Below are positions 18,021-26,913 of a DNA stretch of 64,000 bases, one piece after another. A program made the position numbers and the translations under genes. The notes under the pieces were generated by a model. The model had not been told where the DNA came from and made no database searches. It saw nothing but the letters and a program-made list of their open reading frames with translations. The stretch's first letter is position 1. Each line of letters starts with the position of its first letter. The stretch spans positions 186,001 to 250,000 of the IMG/VR virus record IMGVR_UViG_3300042868_009074; one strand, 5' to 3'.

Positions 18021-18332
18021 CCTTCAACCGTTTATATGTCTTTAGTTTATATCTATAGTCTCACGTTTCAGGGATTGGAAACCAGTGAACTAAGTGAATA
18101 GTATGAGGAGTCCGCGAACGATTGTCCTACTGAACGCTGTAATAGTATCTTATATATGTTTATATATATGTTGGAGCAATGTCTTAGACTTGATCAGGCA
18201 TAGTTATTTTGCCGGCAAACAATTACGTCTATATTATTAATAGACATATATCTTAAGTTTTAATATTATATTATTCTAAATTTTCAAATAGGGACCCAAT
18301 CCGTGGGTTTCTTGTAGTAGTTTGGAGAAACT

Positions 18333-18758
18333 ATGAAAGTCCGTATCAACGCTCTTGCTTCTGGCAAGGGCTCAACTCAGCAAGCACCAATCCAAAAGCG
18401 TTCCGCTGATGGTCAACGCTTCGCTTTCTTGGTTAGCATTATGGATGCTACCAACACTGTACCAGTCGACCTTCGTTTCGACTCGGTTGCCTCTGATGGC
18501 GTCAAGTACCAGAACTTCTCTGGTGCGTATGAACTCTGGTTTTCAGCAGAAGAGAACTCTGAGATTGTTTCTCGGTTCAACACAGCAAAGGCTTCTGGCC
18601 AAGTTGTGTACTATGAGTTCACTTGCTTGACCGCTGACAAGTCTGTCCCCTATCTCTCTGAGAAGGGTGTCACTTATCAGACCATCATCCTGAATGCTGA
18701 CCGCTTTGCGGAACGCATTTGCGGTTTGGCACCAGTGCCCGCCATCAAGTTCGTTTGA
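18333..18758 (+). CDS. Hypothetical beta-rich protein
   Basis: GGAG RBS; 141 aa; hairpins downstream. Confidence 0.75.
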   Translation: MKVRINALASGKGSTQQAPIQKRSADGQRFAFLVSIMDATNTVPVDLRFDSVASDGVKYQNFSGAYELWFSAEENSEIVSRFNTAKASGQVVYYEFTCLTADKSVPYLSEKGVTYQTIILNADRFAERICGLAPVPAIKFV

Positions 18759-19452
18759 TGAGATTTGCCACCAAGTTCTCTTGGTGAAGACACCAGTCTG
18801 GTCACTTCGGTGACTAGGCTGTGTGTAACCCCCTCTATATATCCTTAGGTTTGATTTCACCTAGCACTGATCCGCTGAAACAATCCTTGTGTCCTACCTT
18901 GTGTAGTTGTGTACTGACGAGTACATTACTACATTAGGTAACACTCGTACCTACATAGATTCTAAATCTATAATCGATCTCAAGTTCTCTGGGGTTGGGC
19001 CCCCAGTTAGATGATTGCAGGTATCATATCGATATCTTTAGCCCGTTGTCCCGCTTTAAGGCATTTCCATTTGGATTTGCCGGCCAGGCAACAAAAGCAA
19101 ACATATGATAGTTTGGTAGATACCTACGGCTGATTGCCAAGAAACTACCCTTTTCGTTAGTATAAGTATACTTATCCCCTAATGTATCTATAGCAATATA
19201 TATATTATTGTTGGACAAATGCTTATATTAATATCTCTCAGGGGTATACCCATTATAAAACTATGCATATGTAACCTGCCAAGGTGTTATGCATTTGGGT
19301 ATACTAGACACGGCAAATGTAAGTATACCCAATATGGGAGATTATCTCCCCCTATATTAGGTGTCTCTATACTCTCTTATTCCTTTCTAGAGTATATGAT
19401 ATACCCCTGAGAATATTCGTGTTCGTTGGTTTTGCCGGCGAACCACAAGATT

Positions 19453-19734
19453 TCTTAAGAAGAGTCTGTATAGCGAGTCTGTAACTGATTAGACTAAAAC
19501 CCGATTGAGTTACCCTTAAGTTTCCAATTGAGAAGTGCCTAATCAAGTGCCACTTTAGCCGAGACTACAGAACTGTCTCTTTGAGACTATGGTTGATACG
19601 AAATCCCGTGATAACCTCTGCGAACGAATGCATTACCCTGGTTCAATTGTTGGATTGTACAATCCCAACCCAGCGTATGTTAGCCATCTAGTACCCATTG
19701 TTATCCTTGCAAAATAGGACCAATCTTCTTAAGA
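19453..19734. ncRNA. Candidate ~280-nt structured RNA
   Basis: 11-bp terminal stem TCTTAAGAAGA/TCTTCTTAAGA, nested stem ATGGTTGATACG/CGTATGTTAGCCAT, no ORF. Confidence 0.5.
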
Positions 19735-19982
19735 TTAAAGTTTCCAACTGCACACTGCTTATTGTGTGTGCGTGTAGAAATATCGCACGGTTAGCGATAA
19801 AAACCCCTCACTGGTATATTGAGGCTCTTCTAACCGAATATACCACTTATGGTTTGTTACTTACTTAATTTAAAAGTAACTCATGCTGAGTATCATGATG
19901 TAAAGTGCTTCCATTCTATAAGATATTTGCCTGCGGGCAATTGACCATACGCCCATACAAAACCAGAATAACAGGAGTTATT

Positions 19983-20207
19983 ATGAACACTACAAAAATT
20001 AAATCAACATTTAAGAAAACAGCTCAATATGGAGTTGTTGCGCCAGCCATTGGTGCAGGAACATTGCTTTATGGCACTGCTCTTGGTCTATGGCACATCA
20101 CTAAATCTACTGGTTTTGCCCTAAAAACCATTGCTAATGATTCAGTCACAAATACTGTTGAGTATATCAATGAAATCAAAAACCCACACGTTCGTAACGA
20201 TTGGTAA
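19983..20207 (+). CDS. Small membrane protein
   Basis: AGGAG RBS before MNTTKIK; hydrophobic segment. Confidence 0.65.
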   Translation: MNTTKIKSTFKKTAQYGVVAPAIGAGTLLYGTALGLWHITKSTGFALKTIANDSVTNTVEYINEIKNPHVRNDW

Positions 20208-20436
20208 CAAAATGCATTTCCTATTTATAGGTTACCTGGATGGTAGTAAGCCAGGGTAAAATGCTAGCTAACGGAGCCTGAGTATGCTCTGCACAAATAT
20301 GCTCACCTTCGGGTGCCTGGAAGGTAATGACCACCCTGAATATAGCCTTCCCCCGCTATATCAGCTGTGAGATACATAATTGGGTTCAAATCCCATTACA
20401 CCCACTAAAATCAAATCTATAGTTAGGAGAACTATA

Positions 20437-20616
20437 ATGAACAATAATAATCAAACTATCTATTACGTAGTTGACCCTGCAGATGAATTCATCCTTTATC
20501 GTGGTAATCTTCAAGACTGTGAACAGGTCCTTGAACAACAATATGGAGGAGTTCTTATCTATCAAGAGTCACAACTGACTGAGGAAATGAAAACTTCAGT
20601 TTGGTATTATTTCTAA
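20437..20616 (+). CDS. Small hypothetical protein
   Basis: AGGAG RBS before MNNNNQ. Confidence 0.65.
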   Translation: MNNNNQTIYYVVDPADEFILYRGNLQDCEQVLEQQYGGVLIYQESQLTEEMKTSVWYYF

Positions 20617-20634
20617 AGAAAGAGTAAATTTAAA

Positions 20635-21252
20635 ATGAATCAACCTAATGACAAAAAAGTAATATGGGATCCTGAAACAGAGTCTTACAAAGTTGTTTCA
20701 AATCCTGAATGGGATATTGAAGCTGAAGTTGGCATTTACTCATCGCTTGTTCAAAGCGGTGTTAATGATACTTTAGCAACTGACATTCTATCTATGTTTA
20801 ATACCACTAGACCTGTCTATTCGTGCTATTGTCACAGTGAACACACAGAAATTGGCTATGGATTTAATCCATGCCCTTGTGCAGACTGTGAAGCAATTGC
20901 TCGTATTGAAGGTTATAATATCTCAGAACCTATAGACAACATTCAATTGCACAAAAATTCAGTTCATGTTGTTGGCCATATGGTTCAACAACAGCTTTCT
21001 GCTATTAATAAAGTTATTGCTTCTGACAATATTTATATTTCTGAAGATGACTTTAAAACTTTTCAATCTCTTTTAGAAGACTATGGCAAAACAGATTTGT
21101 CTTGGTCTGAAATCTTAGATTATATGGCCGTTGATCCTAGAAACTCATCTGAACCAGATCATTTTTATGCTGTTGCTGCAGTTTTAGAATACTTCTGGAT
21201 TGCATTTGTTCTCAAGAACCCAACAGTTACGGGTCATCGTCCAAAACAATAA
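20635..21252 (+). CDS. Hypothetical protein with Cys motifs
   Basis: 205 aa; CYCH, CPCADC. Confidence 0.7.
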   Translation: MNQPNDKKVIWDPETESYKVVSNPEWDIEAEVGIYSSLVQSGVNDTLATDILSMFNTTRPVYSCYCHSEHTEIGYGFNPCPCADCEAIARIEGYNISEPIDNIQLHKNSVHVVGHMVQQQLSAINKVIASDNIYISEDDFKTFQSLLEDYGKTDLSWSEILDYMAVDPRNSSEPDHFYAVAAVLEYFWIAFVLKNPTVTGHRPKQ

Positions 21253-21270
21253 AGAAAAAAATGAAAGAGT

Positions 21271-21792
21271 ATGCTTAATCATTCTCAAGAATTAGTGGAT
21301 AAATATCCACTACTCAACTGTACAAACTGTGGGATACCCAATCCCACGACTCAACAACAGGGTATGTTTATTGACGACGGTATTTCTATCAATACCTTGT
21401 CACTTGGACACTATGGCGGATTCACTGACTGCATCCCCGATCAAACTCGGGGTGAAGTGTACTCAATTTCTGAGTATGATTCTAATCCATACCTAGCACA
21501 TTTGTGCCATGACTGCAGTGTGATACTTTTCAATGCACTACCTGGACTTGCAAAATTTGCAGGAGTTCATGGTGGTCATGGCAACATCACCGGAGGATGG
21601 TGTTTCTCAGGTGGCGAACTTAGCCACATTGAGAATGGAACACTTGTTCCACCTTGTTGTCCATACGCTTGGACTTGGGATCAGACTGAAAAGTCTGGTC
21701 CATACAATCAATCCACTACTTACATAGCTACACCCGAATTAACTTGGGTAAAGCGACAATATTTGGATGATGACTTAGAGGATTTCCTCTAG
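21271..21792 (+). CDS. Hypothetical Cys-containing protein
   Basis: CTNC, GHYGGFTD, LCHDC. Confidence 0.7.
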   Translation: MLNHSQELVDKYPLLNCTNCGIPNPTTQQQGMFIDDGISINTLSLGHYGGFTDCIPDQTRGEVYSISEYDSNPYLAHLCHDCSVILFNALPGLAKFAGVHGGHGNITGGWCFSGGELSHIENGTLVPPCCPYAWTWDQTEKSGPYNQSTTYIATPELTWVKRQYLDDDLEDFL

Positions 21793-21843
21793 GTCATTAT
21801 CCTTAGCCCAAACAATAACCCACTAACATTAGGAGAAATTAAA

Positions 21844-22038
21844 ATGTGGTATTGGTATCTTTCAGGTATGATTTCAGCTTTCTTGCTGGTATCTGCCGTA
21901 ATCAATGTAGGATTTGTGTTTGGTTTTATAACCTATACAAAATCTAAATCAAAATCATCCCAACTTACAGGAGCTGATAAAGCCCTGTATGATTGGGCCA
22001 AACAAGACATCACTGGTGAAACCCAAAGGAGTAACTAA
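21844..22038 (+). CDS. Small membrane protein
   Basis: AGGAG RBS; N-terminal TM helix. Confidence 0.65.
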   Translation: MWYWYLSGMISAFLLVSAVINVGFVFGFITYTKSKSKSSQLTGADKALYDWAKQDITGETQRSN

Positions 22039-22553
22039 TGTTATTATCTATGATGATTATCTTAGCAATTACATCGTGTGCTTTAGAGCTCATGATTGCT
22101 GCTAAGGTTCCAATCTGGCGTCAAATGTCAGCTAAATATCCATTGTTCAACCTACTAAACTCTCTTGTTATCTCATTCATAATGGGTATAGCATTTGGTG
22201 CAGCAGGTCTTGTAGCAATGGGTGCTGGTGTTATCTCAACTGTACTTTCAGTTCCAGGTTATCAGTTCCTTAAATGGAACTATGACACACCTCGTGCTCG
22301 TGCACACGGTGGAAGTGAATACAAATATCACCATGCTATCTTTAAGTCTAAACTAGAAAACTATAAAGTTACCCTCGCTAAATGGGGTGTAGCTTTGAAT
22401 GATCTAGGTAAACTTATGTATAGCTTTATCCGATTCCTTACTTTCCCTATCTGGATGACCCGCGACTTTATCGTATGGGTTCGTCCATATGTGGTTAAGT
22501 ATAACAACTATGTAGCTAGAAAACGTCTGGCTAAGATAAGGACAACACCATGA
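22038..22553 (+). CDS. Membrane protein
   Basis: AGGAG RBS; several hydrophobic helices. Confidence 0.75.
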   Translation: MLLSMMIILAITSCALELMIAAKVPIWRQMSAKYPLFNLLNSLVISFIMGIAFGAAGLVAMGAGVISTVLSVPGYQFLKWNYDTPRARAHGGSEYKYHHAIFKSKLENYKVTLAKWGVALNDLGKLMYSFIRFLTFPIWMTRDFIVWVRPYVVKYNNYVARKRLAKIRTTP

Positions 22554-22617
22554 AACGTGTAGCACAATACATTGGGCTCACTATCACTTCCGTAGCGTTT
22601 GCTTTTGGGTGGTCAAA

Positions 22618-22821
22618 ATGACCATTTCCAATACAATAGGTGCATACCAAGCAAACCCTAGTAACGGTATATATAGACACAAATGTATAGAACCATCTTG
22701 CTCAGAATTCGTCTTGTACGATGACGAGCCTTGGTGTTTCGACCATTCCCCTGATGAAGGTTCATCCCTTCCAGGATATTCCGCTTATCAACTAGATCTC
22801 TTAAAGGAGACAGCACAATGA
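22618..22821 (+). CDS. Small hypothetical protein
   Basis: ATGA-type overlap; CIEPSC...WCFDH. Confidence 0.55.
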   Translation: MTISNTIGAYQANPSNGIYRHKCIEPSCSEFVLYDDEPWCFDHSPDEGSSLPGYSAYQLDLLKETAQ

Positions 22822-22931
22822 GTATCATTAAAAATACTGTTGTTGCAATCAGTCAGCGTGTTCGCATCTTTGGTGCGTTCATCACTGGCTTTGTAACAAA
22901 GAAATAAATAAATTCATTAAAATAAAAAACA

Positions 22932-22963
22932 ATGACCTAGGGATCACCCAATCCCTAGGTCAT
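22932..22963. terminator. Perfect 13-bp inverted repeat (terminator or processing hairpin)
   Basis: ATGACCTAGGGAT/ATCCCTAGGTCAT. Confidence 0.55.
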
Positions 22964-23022
22964 AAAGCCCAATTAAAAACCCAAATATTATCCCTATTTA
23001 TACAGAAAGAATTATTGACACT

Positions 23023-24084
23023 ATGTCTATTCTAAATACACTTGTTAAGTCCTTCGACCCAGAAGGTTCACTTGGAATTGCAGTAGATTCACCCGAAATA
23101 CTGCAGTCCACACCAAAAACAGCTAACTTAATCCTTGGCCGTCGTGTTCCATTTCAGGCTTCCTTTAATGGCAACATGCTTCCTGGTTTCGTTACCTTAA
23201 AATCTGCAAATCTCCAGCGTCTTAGCGTTGAAGATCACACTTCTGCAAATGGCACAAAGCCATTAGTATCAGGTATCTTTAACAACGTTCAAATGGACGT
23301 AGAAGTAATGATTGGAACTGAAATTATTAGCCTTCAAGAACTTCTTCTTGCAATGTCTAATGCTTCAGCTCAAAACCAAGTTACATTGGAAGAATTCATG
23401 CCTACACTCGAAAGCCTTGGCTTCCGTTTCAACTCAGGTATGACCTTCTTCTGGCAACAGTTTGGCTCTAATATCGATAGCTACAACGAACTTCGTGACT
23501 CATTCAAGTCACTTGGTGCAGTAAGTGGTCTCGGTACTAAGAACTTGCCTGCTAAAGTTAAAGAAGTTTGGGAAATGCCAAAGAACCTTACTGGTCCTGC
23601 AATTGTAGGCTTTGAAGTTAGCCGTGCAAAGCGCGAAGAATCTAAGACAGGTCAAGGTTTCCTTGATTTCGTAGATGCCATTACAGCTAACTACAAGCGT
23701 ATTGTAGATCTTCGTAAGACTTCAGCAGCTATGAAGAACGATATCACTACAAACTCTGTTGTAGAAGCATGGTCTCCTGAGAAAATTAAAGCCGTTGAAG
23801 AGCATGCAAATGCTTTGATGCGCATTTCTCAGAACTGGTCAAGCGTTTGGTCTGGTTCTTCTCAAGGTAAAGTTATCGACGAGAAAGATCCTTCTGTTAT
23901 TGAACTTCAAGACCAGTGGTATGCAACCAAAGCTAACTGCGGACGTTTCTCTGTTGTCGTTAACGACAAAGTAATGCCAGTTGATCTTTGGACAAACTCA
24001 TTGCAAGCTAATACCTCAGGTAATACGACTGCATCTGCACCAGCTTCGGCTGTTGCTGGTGAAGCTCCAATTTCCTGGGAATAA
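23023..24084 (+). CDS. Hypothetical protein (353 aa) immediately upstream of the polymerase gene
   Basis: Long ORF with a low-complexity tail ending APISWE. Confidence 0.85.
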   Translation: MSILNTLVKSFDPEGSLGIAVDSPEILQSTPKTANLILGRRVPFQASFNGNMLPGFVTLKSANLQRLSVEDHTSANGTKPLVSGIFNNVQMDVEVMIGTEIISLQELLLAMSNASAQNQVTLEEFMPTLESLGFRFNSGMTFFWQQFGSNIDSYNELRDSFKSLGAVSGLGTKNLPAKVKEVWEMPKNLTGPAIVGFEVSRAKREESKTGQGFLDFVDAITANYKRIVDLRKTSAAMKNDITTNSVVEAWSPEKIKAVEEHANALMRISQNWSSVWSGSSQGKVIDEKDPSVIELQDQWYATKANCGRFSVVVNDKVMPVDLWTNSLQANTSGNTTASAPASAVAGEAPISWE

Positions 24085-24227
24085 GCAATCATCTAACTAA
24101 GCCCTACCGTAGGTGGGAGTATGCAGAAATGTATACTCCCACTTACACCCCCCATCATACTTTTTTATGTTTATGCAAAGACATACAAAAATATAATTAT
24201 AATTACACAATCTCTTAAGGAGGGATT

Positions 24228-26771
24228 TTGGCCATTAACCCCAAAACAAGAACTATCTGCTATGCTGATGGACCTATTCGCTCTACAGGTGGATATCAAG
24301 TAGGTTTCTACGATATATCTCACCTTCGCCAGGCATTACAATATTCTGGCGAATCATTCTATCGGGTAGGCTCTTTGCCTATCCCACAAAACGAACATGA
24401 ATTTACCCAAATTCAACAAATCATTAATGATCCTTCTATTCAGTATGCTCTAGTTGACAAGAACAAAATTGTTATCTGTCAAATTGGCAACAATACTGAA
24501 TGGCTTAGTATCTTTACTGATATGGGTTATACTGTCCACGGTGGAGGCAAGACTGCTAAGCGGTTGAAGACTCTCCATCGACCTACTTTAATCAATGCTC
24601 ACTTTGATCTTGATGAAATCAAAATACGCTATTGTGAAGCCGGCGACTTTAGTCGCTATTTCGATAGCGATGAAGAAGGCTATTGGCTTATAGATGCTGA
24701 AGACTATCAAGAATTTTATCAAAATCCTGAAGTTTGGGATCGACTCTTAGACGGTGGCTTTGCTATCCATCCACGATTGATCCATAAAGGTATTGATAAC
24801 CTACCTATCTTTGATCCCGCTGAAAACGAGGATCCAGGTGAGTACTATCTTAATCCTACTATGCGTATGGATTGCATCCGTAATCTATATAATGCTAAAG
24901 TATTTAATATTAGACTTACTGGACCAATGGGTCAGCTTAAAGGCAACTGCTTTGTTACCGATAAACTTCCTGAAGGTGTAGATGTATTGACTTGGCATGG
25001 AAATGTCAAGACAGAGATCTCATATTCTGAAGGCTATCAACTCATTGCTGAGCCTCAAGGACCTAAGTCCAAAGTCCGTACGGACGATCAAACTCTTATT
25101 AATATGCCACAACTCTTTACCAAGAGTGATATGGAATATTGGCTAGACGAGGAATATAAGAAACTCTTCAACGATGCCATCAACAATAAGCTTTTGATGA
25201 ACTGGAAGAATGTATACCAACGTTCTTTCCGTGATGATACTAACCTTGAAGATGAAGAGTCTTATGCACGGTTTCAATATCAAGGTTATCGCTGGAAAGC
25301 AATGGGGATGAAGGTAACTGATTCCCCTTGGTTATTCCAGACCCTTGCTACTAGCCATGCTAAACCCCTTCAAGAACGTATCCCAATCCCTTGTTCTGTA
25401 TCTGAACAGATTATTAGCGAGTCTATGGCTCGCTTATCTGGTTATGATGTAGAAGTCGAAGAAGGAACTATTCAACGCATCAATGACCTTGGTGTACACG
25501 TAGTTAATGATCTCGATTGGATTGAGATGTATGAGAGCCATGGTGGCTGCGACGGTGACGACTTCTTTGGTTTATTCTATAGGACTCCAGTTGGTGGACA
25601 ATATGATAAAGAAAAGGTTGTCTTTGCACGTCGATCTCCAAATGGTCTTGGTGAGTACTCTGTATTTAGATATGTAGAAGGACAATGGTCTCCAACTTGG
25701 TTGACCAGTGACGGTACTCAAGTTAAGTTTCCTGAGTGTTCTGGACGTGGTTGGCCTATGCGCCTATCTACCGCCATTCACGCAGGGAAAGTTAGCTATG
25801 TAGGACTTCCTTCTTCTACTGCTCCTAAAGCTGAACGTACTGAAACCTATACTAGACAAGATGTCTTTAATGATATCCGATCTAGTATGACAGGTGGAGG
25901 CGTTGGCGGTTTCGTCAATGCTGTAATGCTACATACTTCTGTGTTCCATTCTCATCGTCCACTTCAACTGTGTAGTTTGGAAGATGCAATCGACGGTTGC
26001 ACTCAGACAAACGAACCAGCTGACCGTGAAGCGATTGAGCTTGAAGCTAAAGTATTGGTTGATGAAGTTATTAGTTCTGGACTTCCAGTAGACCGTTCAT
26101 TATGGGATGCTAAGAAGTTTGACTACTATCTCAAGCCAGGCCAATTTGTAGAAAAGCACGAAGGTAAAATCACTCAGCTTAATATGATCACGAAAACTAA
26201 ATATCGTGAGTATGTAAAGATGATTACCGAATGGGCTCAAAAGAACTGTCAACCTGATGAAGTTATTCATAAGATTGGCTATCGCTTGAGCTTCAATGCT
26301 ATTCCTATCTTAAAACAATTCCGTAAAGATATTTACAACTTGAATCAATCAGACATGAATGAATCTAGTGGTTATCTTGACAGCAGTAGCTGGGACTTCC
26401 TGTATCAATCAATCGTTGATAAGATTGAACTACATGACAATGAGTCTGATCGACACGATCTAGTACTTGGTCTCTATTCTGCCAGCTTGAAGCACCCAAC
26501 TTCAAATGGTAAAGTAAGTGACCAAATCGTATTCAATCGACATGTCTTTCCGTTCCTTGAACGAGCACTCCAATATTATGGATTGGCTAACGTAGTTTCT
26601 TTCATTAGAAACAAAGATGGCACAGTCCGAGTAATGCAGAGCAAGACATCTGAATGGATTGGCATCGATGAAGATGGCAGTTATCATACCTTTGATGAAG
26701 CCATTGAATACCAAAGATTCCGTGGTAAGATTAGCCCTATTGTGTTTACCAACGCAAAGAAAACTGCTTAA
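24228..26771 (+). CDS. Single-subunit two-barrel (DPBB) RNA polymerase, QDE-1/YonO-like
   Basis: AAGGAGG RBS. Motifs LDGGFAI (DG.G.I), FNIR...LKG (fQiR...KG), HGGCDGDD (metal-binding loop), RRSPNGLGE (R.P....G[DE]), VGGFVNAVM (lG..aNa), DAIDG (AVD). Confidence 0.7.
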   Translation: MAINPKTRTICYADGPIRSTGGYQVGFYDISHLRQALQYSGESFYRVGSLPIPQNEHEFTQIQQIINDPSIQYALVDKNKIVICQIGNNTEWLSIFTDMGYTVHGGGKTAKRLKTLHRPTLINAHFDLDEIKIRYCEAGDFSRYFDSDEEGYWLIDAEDYQEFYQNPEVWDRLLDGGFAIHPRLIHKGIDNLPIFDPAENEDPGEYYLNPTMRMDCIRNLYNAKVFNIRLTGPMGQLKGNCFVTDKLPEGVDVLTWHGNVKTEISYSEGYQLIAEPQGPKSKVRTDDQTLINMPQLFTKSDMEYWLDEEYKKLFNDAINNKLLMNWKNVYQRSFRDDTNLEDEESYARFQYQGYRWKAMGMKVTDSPWLFQTLATSHAKPLQERIPIPCSVSEQIISESMARLSGYDVEVEEGTIQRINDLGVHVVNDLDWIEMYESHGGCDGDDFFGLFYRTPVGGQYDKEKVVFARRSPNGLGEYSVFRYVEGQWSPTWLTSDGTQVKFPECSGRGWPMRLSTAIHAGKVSYVGLPSSTAPKAERTETYTRQDVFNDIRSSMTGGGVGGFVNAVMLHTSVFHSHRPLQLCSLEDAIDGCTQTNEPADREAIELEAKVLVDEVISSGLPVDRSLWDAKKFDYYLKPGQFVEKHEGKITQLNMITKTKYREYVKMITEWAQKNCQPDEVIHKIGYRLSFNAIPILKQFRKDIYNLNQSDMNESSGYLDSSSWDFLYQSIVDKIELHDNESDRHDLVLGLYSASLKHPTSNGKVSDQIVFNRHVFPFLERALQYYGLANVVSFIRNKDGTVRVMQSKTSEWIGIDEDGSYHTFDEAIEYQRFRGKISPIVFTNAKKTA

Positions 26772-26780
26772 CAGTTTATG

Positions 26781-26827
26781 AACCCCCAGAGTATTAGCAC
26801 GTTGCTAGTATTCTGGGGGTTTTTTTT
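26781..26827 (+). terminator. Rho-independent terminator
   Basis: AACCCCCAGAGTATTAGCA/TGCTAGTATTCTGGGGGTT followed by a T-run. Confidence 0.85.
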
Positions 26828-26870
26828 CTCACGCGGGCGAACGCGTACGAGGGTTAACACCAACTTACAA

Positions 26871-26886
26871 TGTTCCACGTGAAACA
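26871..26886. promoter_or_regulatory. parS-like site
   Basis: TGTTCCACGTGAAACA, one mismatch from the chromosomal parS palindrome TGTTTCACGTGAAACA; intergenic. Confidence 0.75.
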
Positions 26887-26913
26887 TCCGCTACCATAAA
26901 AAACAACGAACTG

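Larger units (their letters stand above)
12710..18060 (+). repeat. Dispersed tandem array of the motif TATATATCTTTAAAT(n1-3)ATAGT delimiting mini-cassettes
   Basis: Hand count of 22 close copies at about 13018, 13227, 13351, 13654, 14012, 14312, 14414, 14639, 14863, 15211, 15364, 15444, 15724, 15932, 16069, 16328, 16628, 16771, 16989, 17384, 17727, 17825. Variants with CTTTAG at about 14216, 15681, 17636, 18033; a degenerate copy near 12716. Confidence 0.95.

Noticed and set aside
12710-18060. CRISPR array
   Set aside because: Spacing is very irregular (80-400 bp), the repeats are degenerate, the intervening DNA has RBS-led ORFs, and there are no cas genes.
18903-18950. Hammerhead ribozyme (CTGACGAG)
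   Set aside because: No correctly placed GAAA or stem III; it fits a hairpin or pseudoknot better.
19024-19410. ORFs 19024-19218 and 19219-19410
   Set aside because: No RBS, atypical composition, and they lie in an AT-rich non-coding region.
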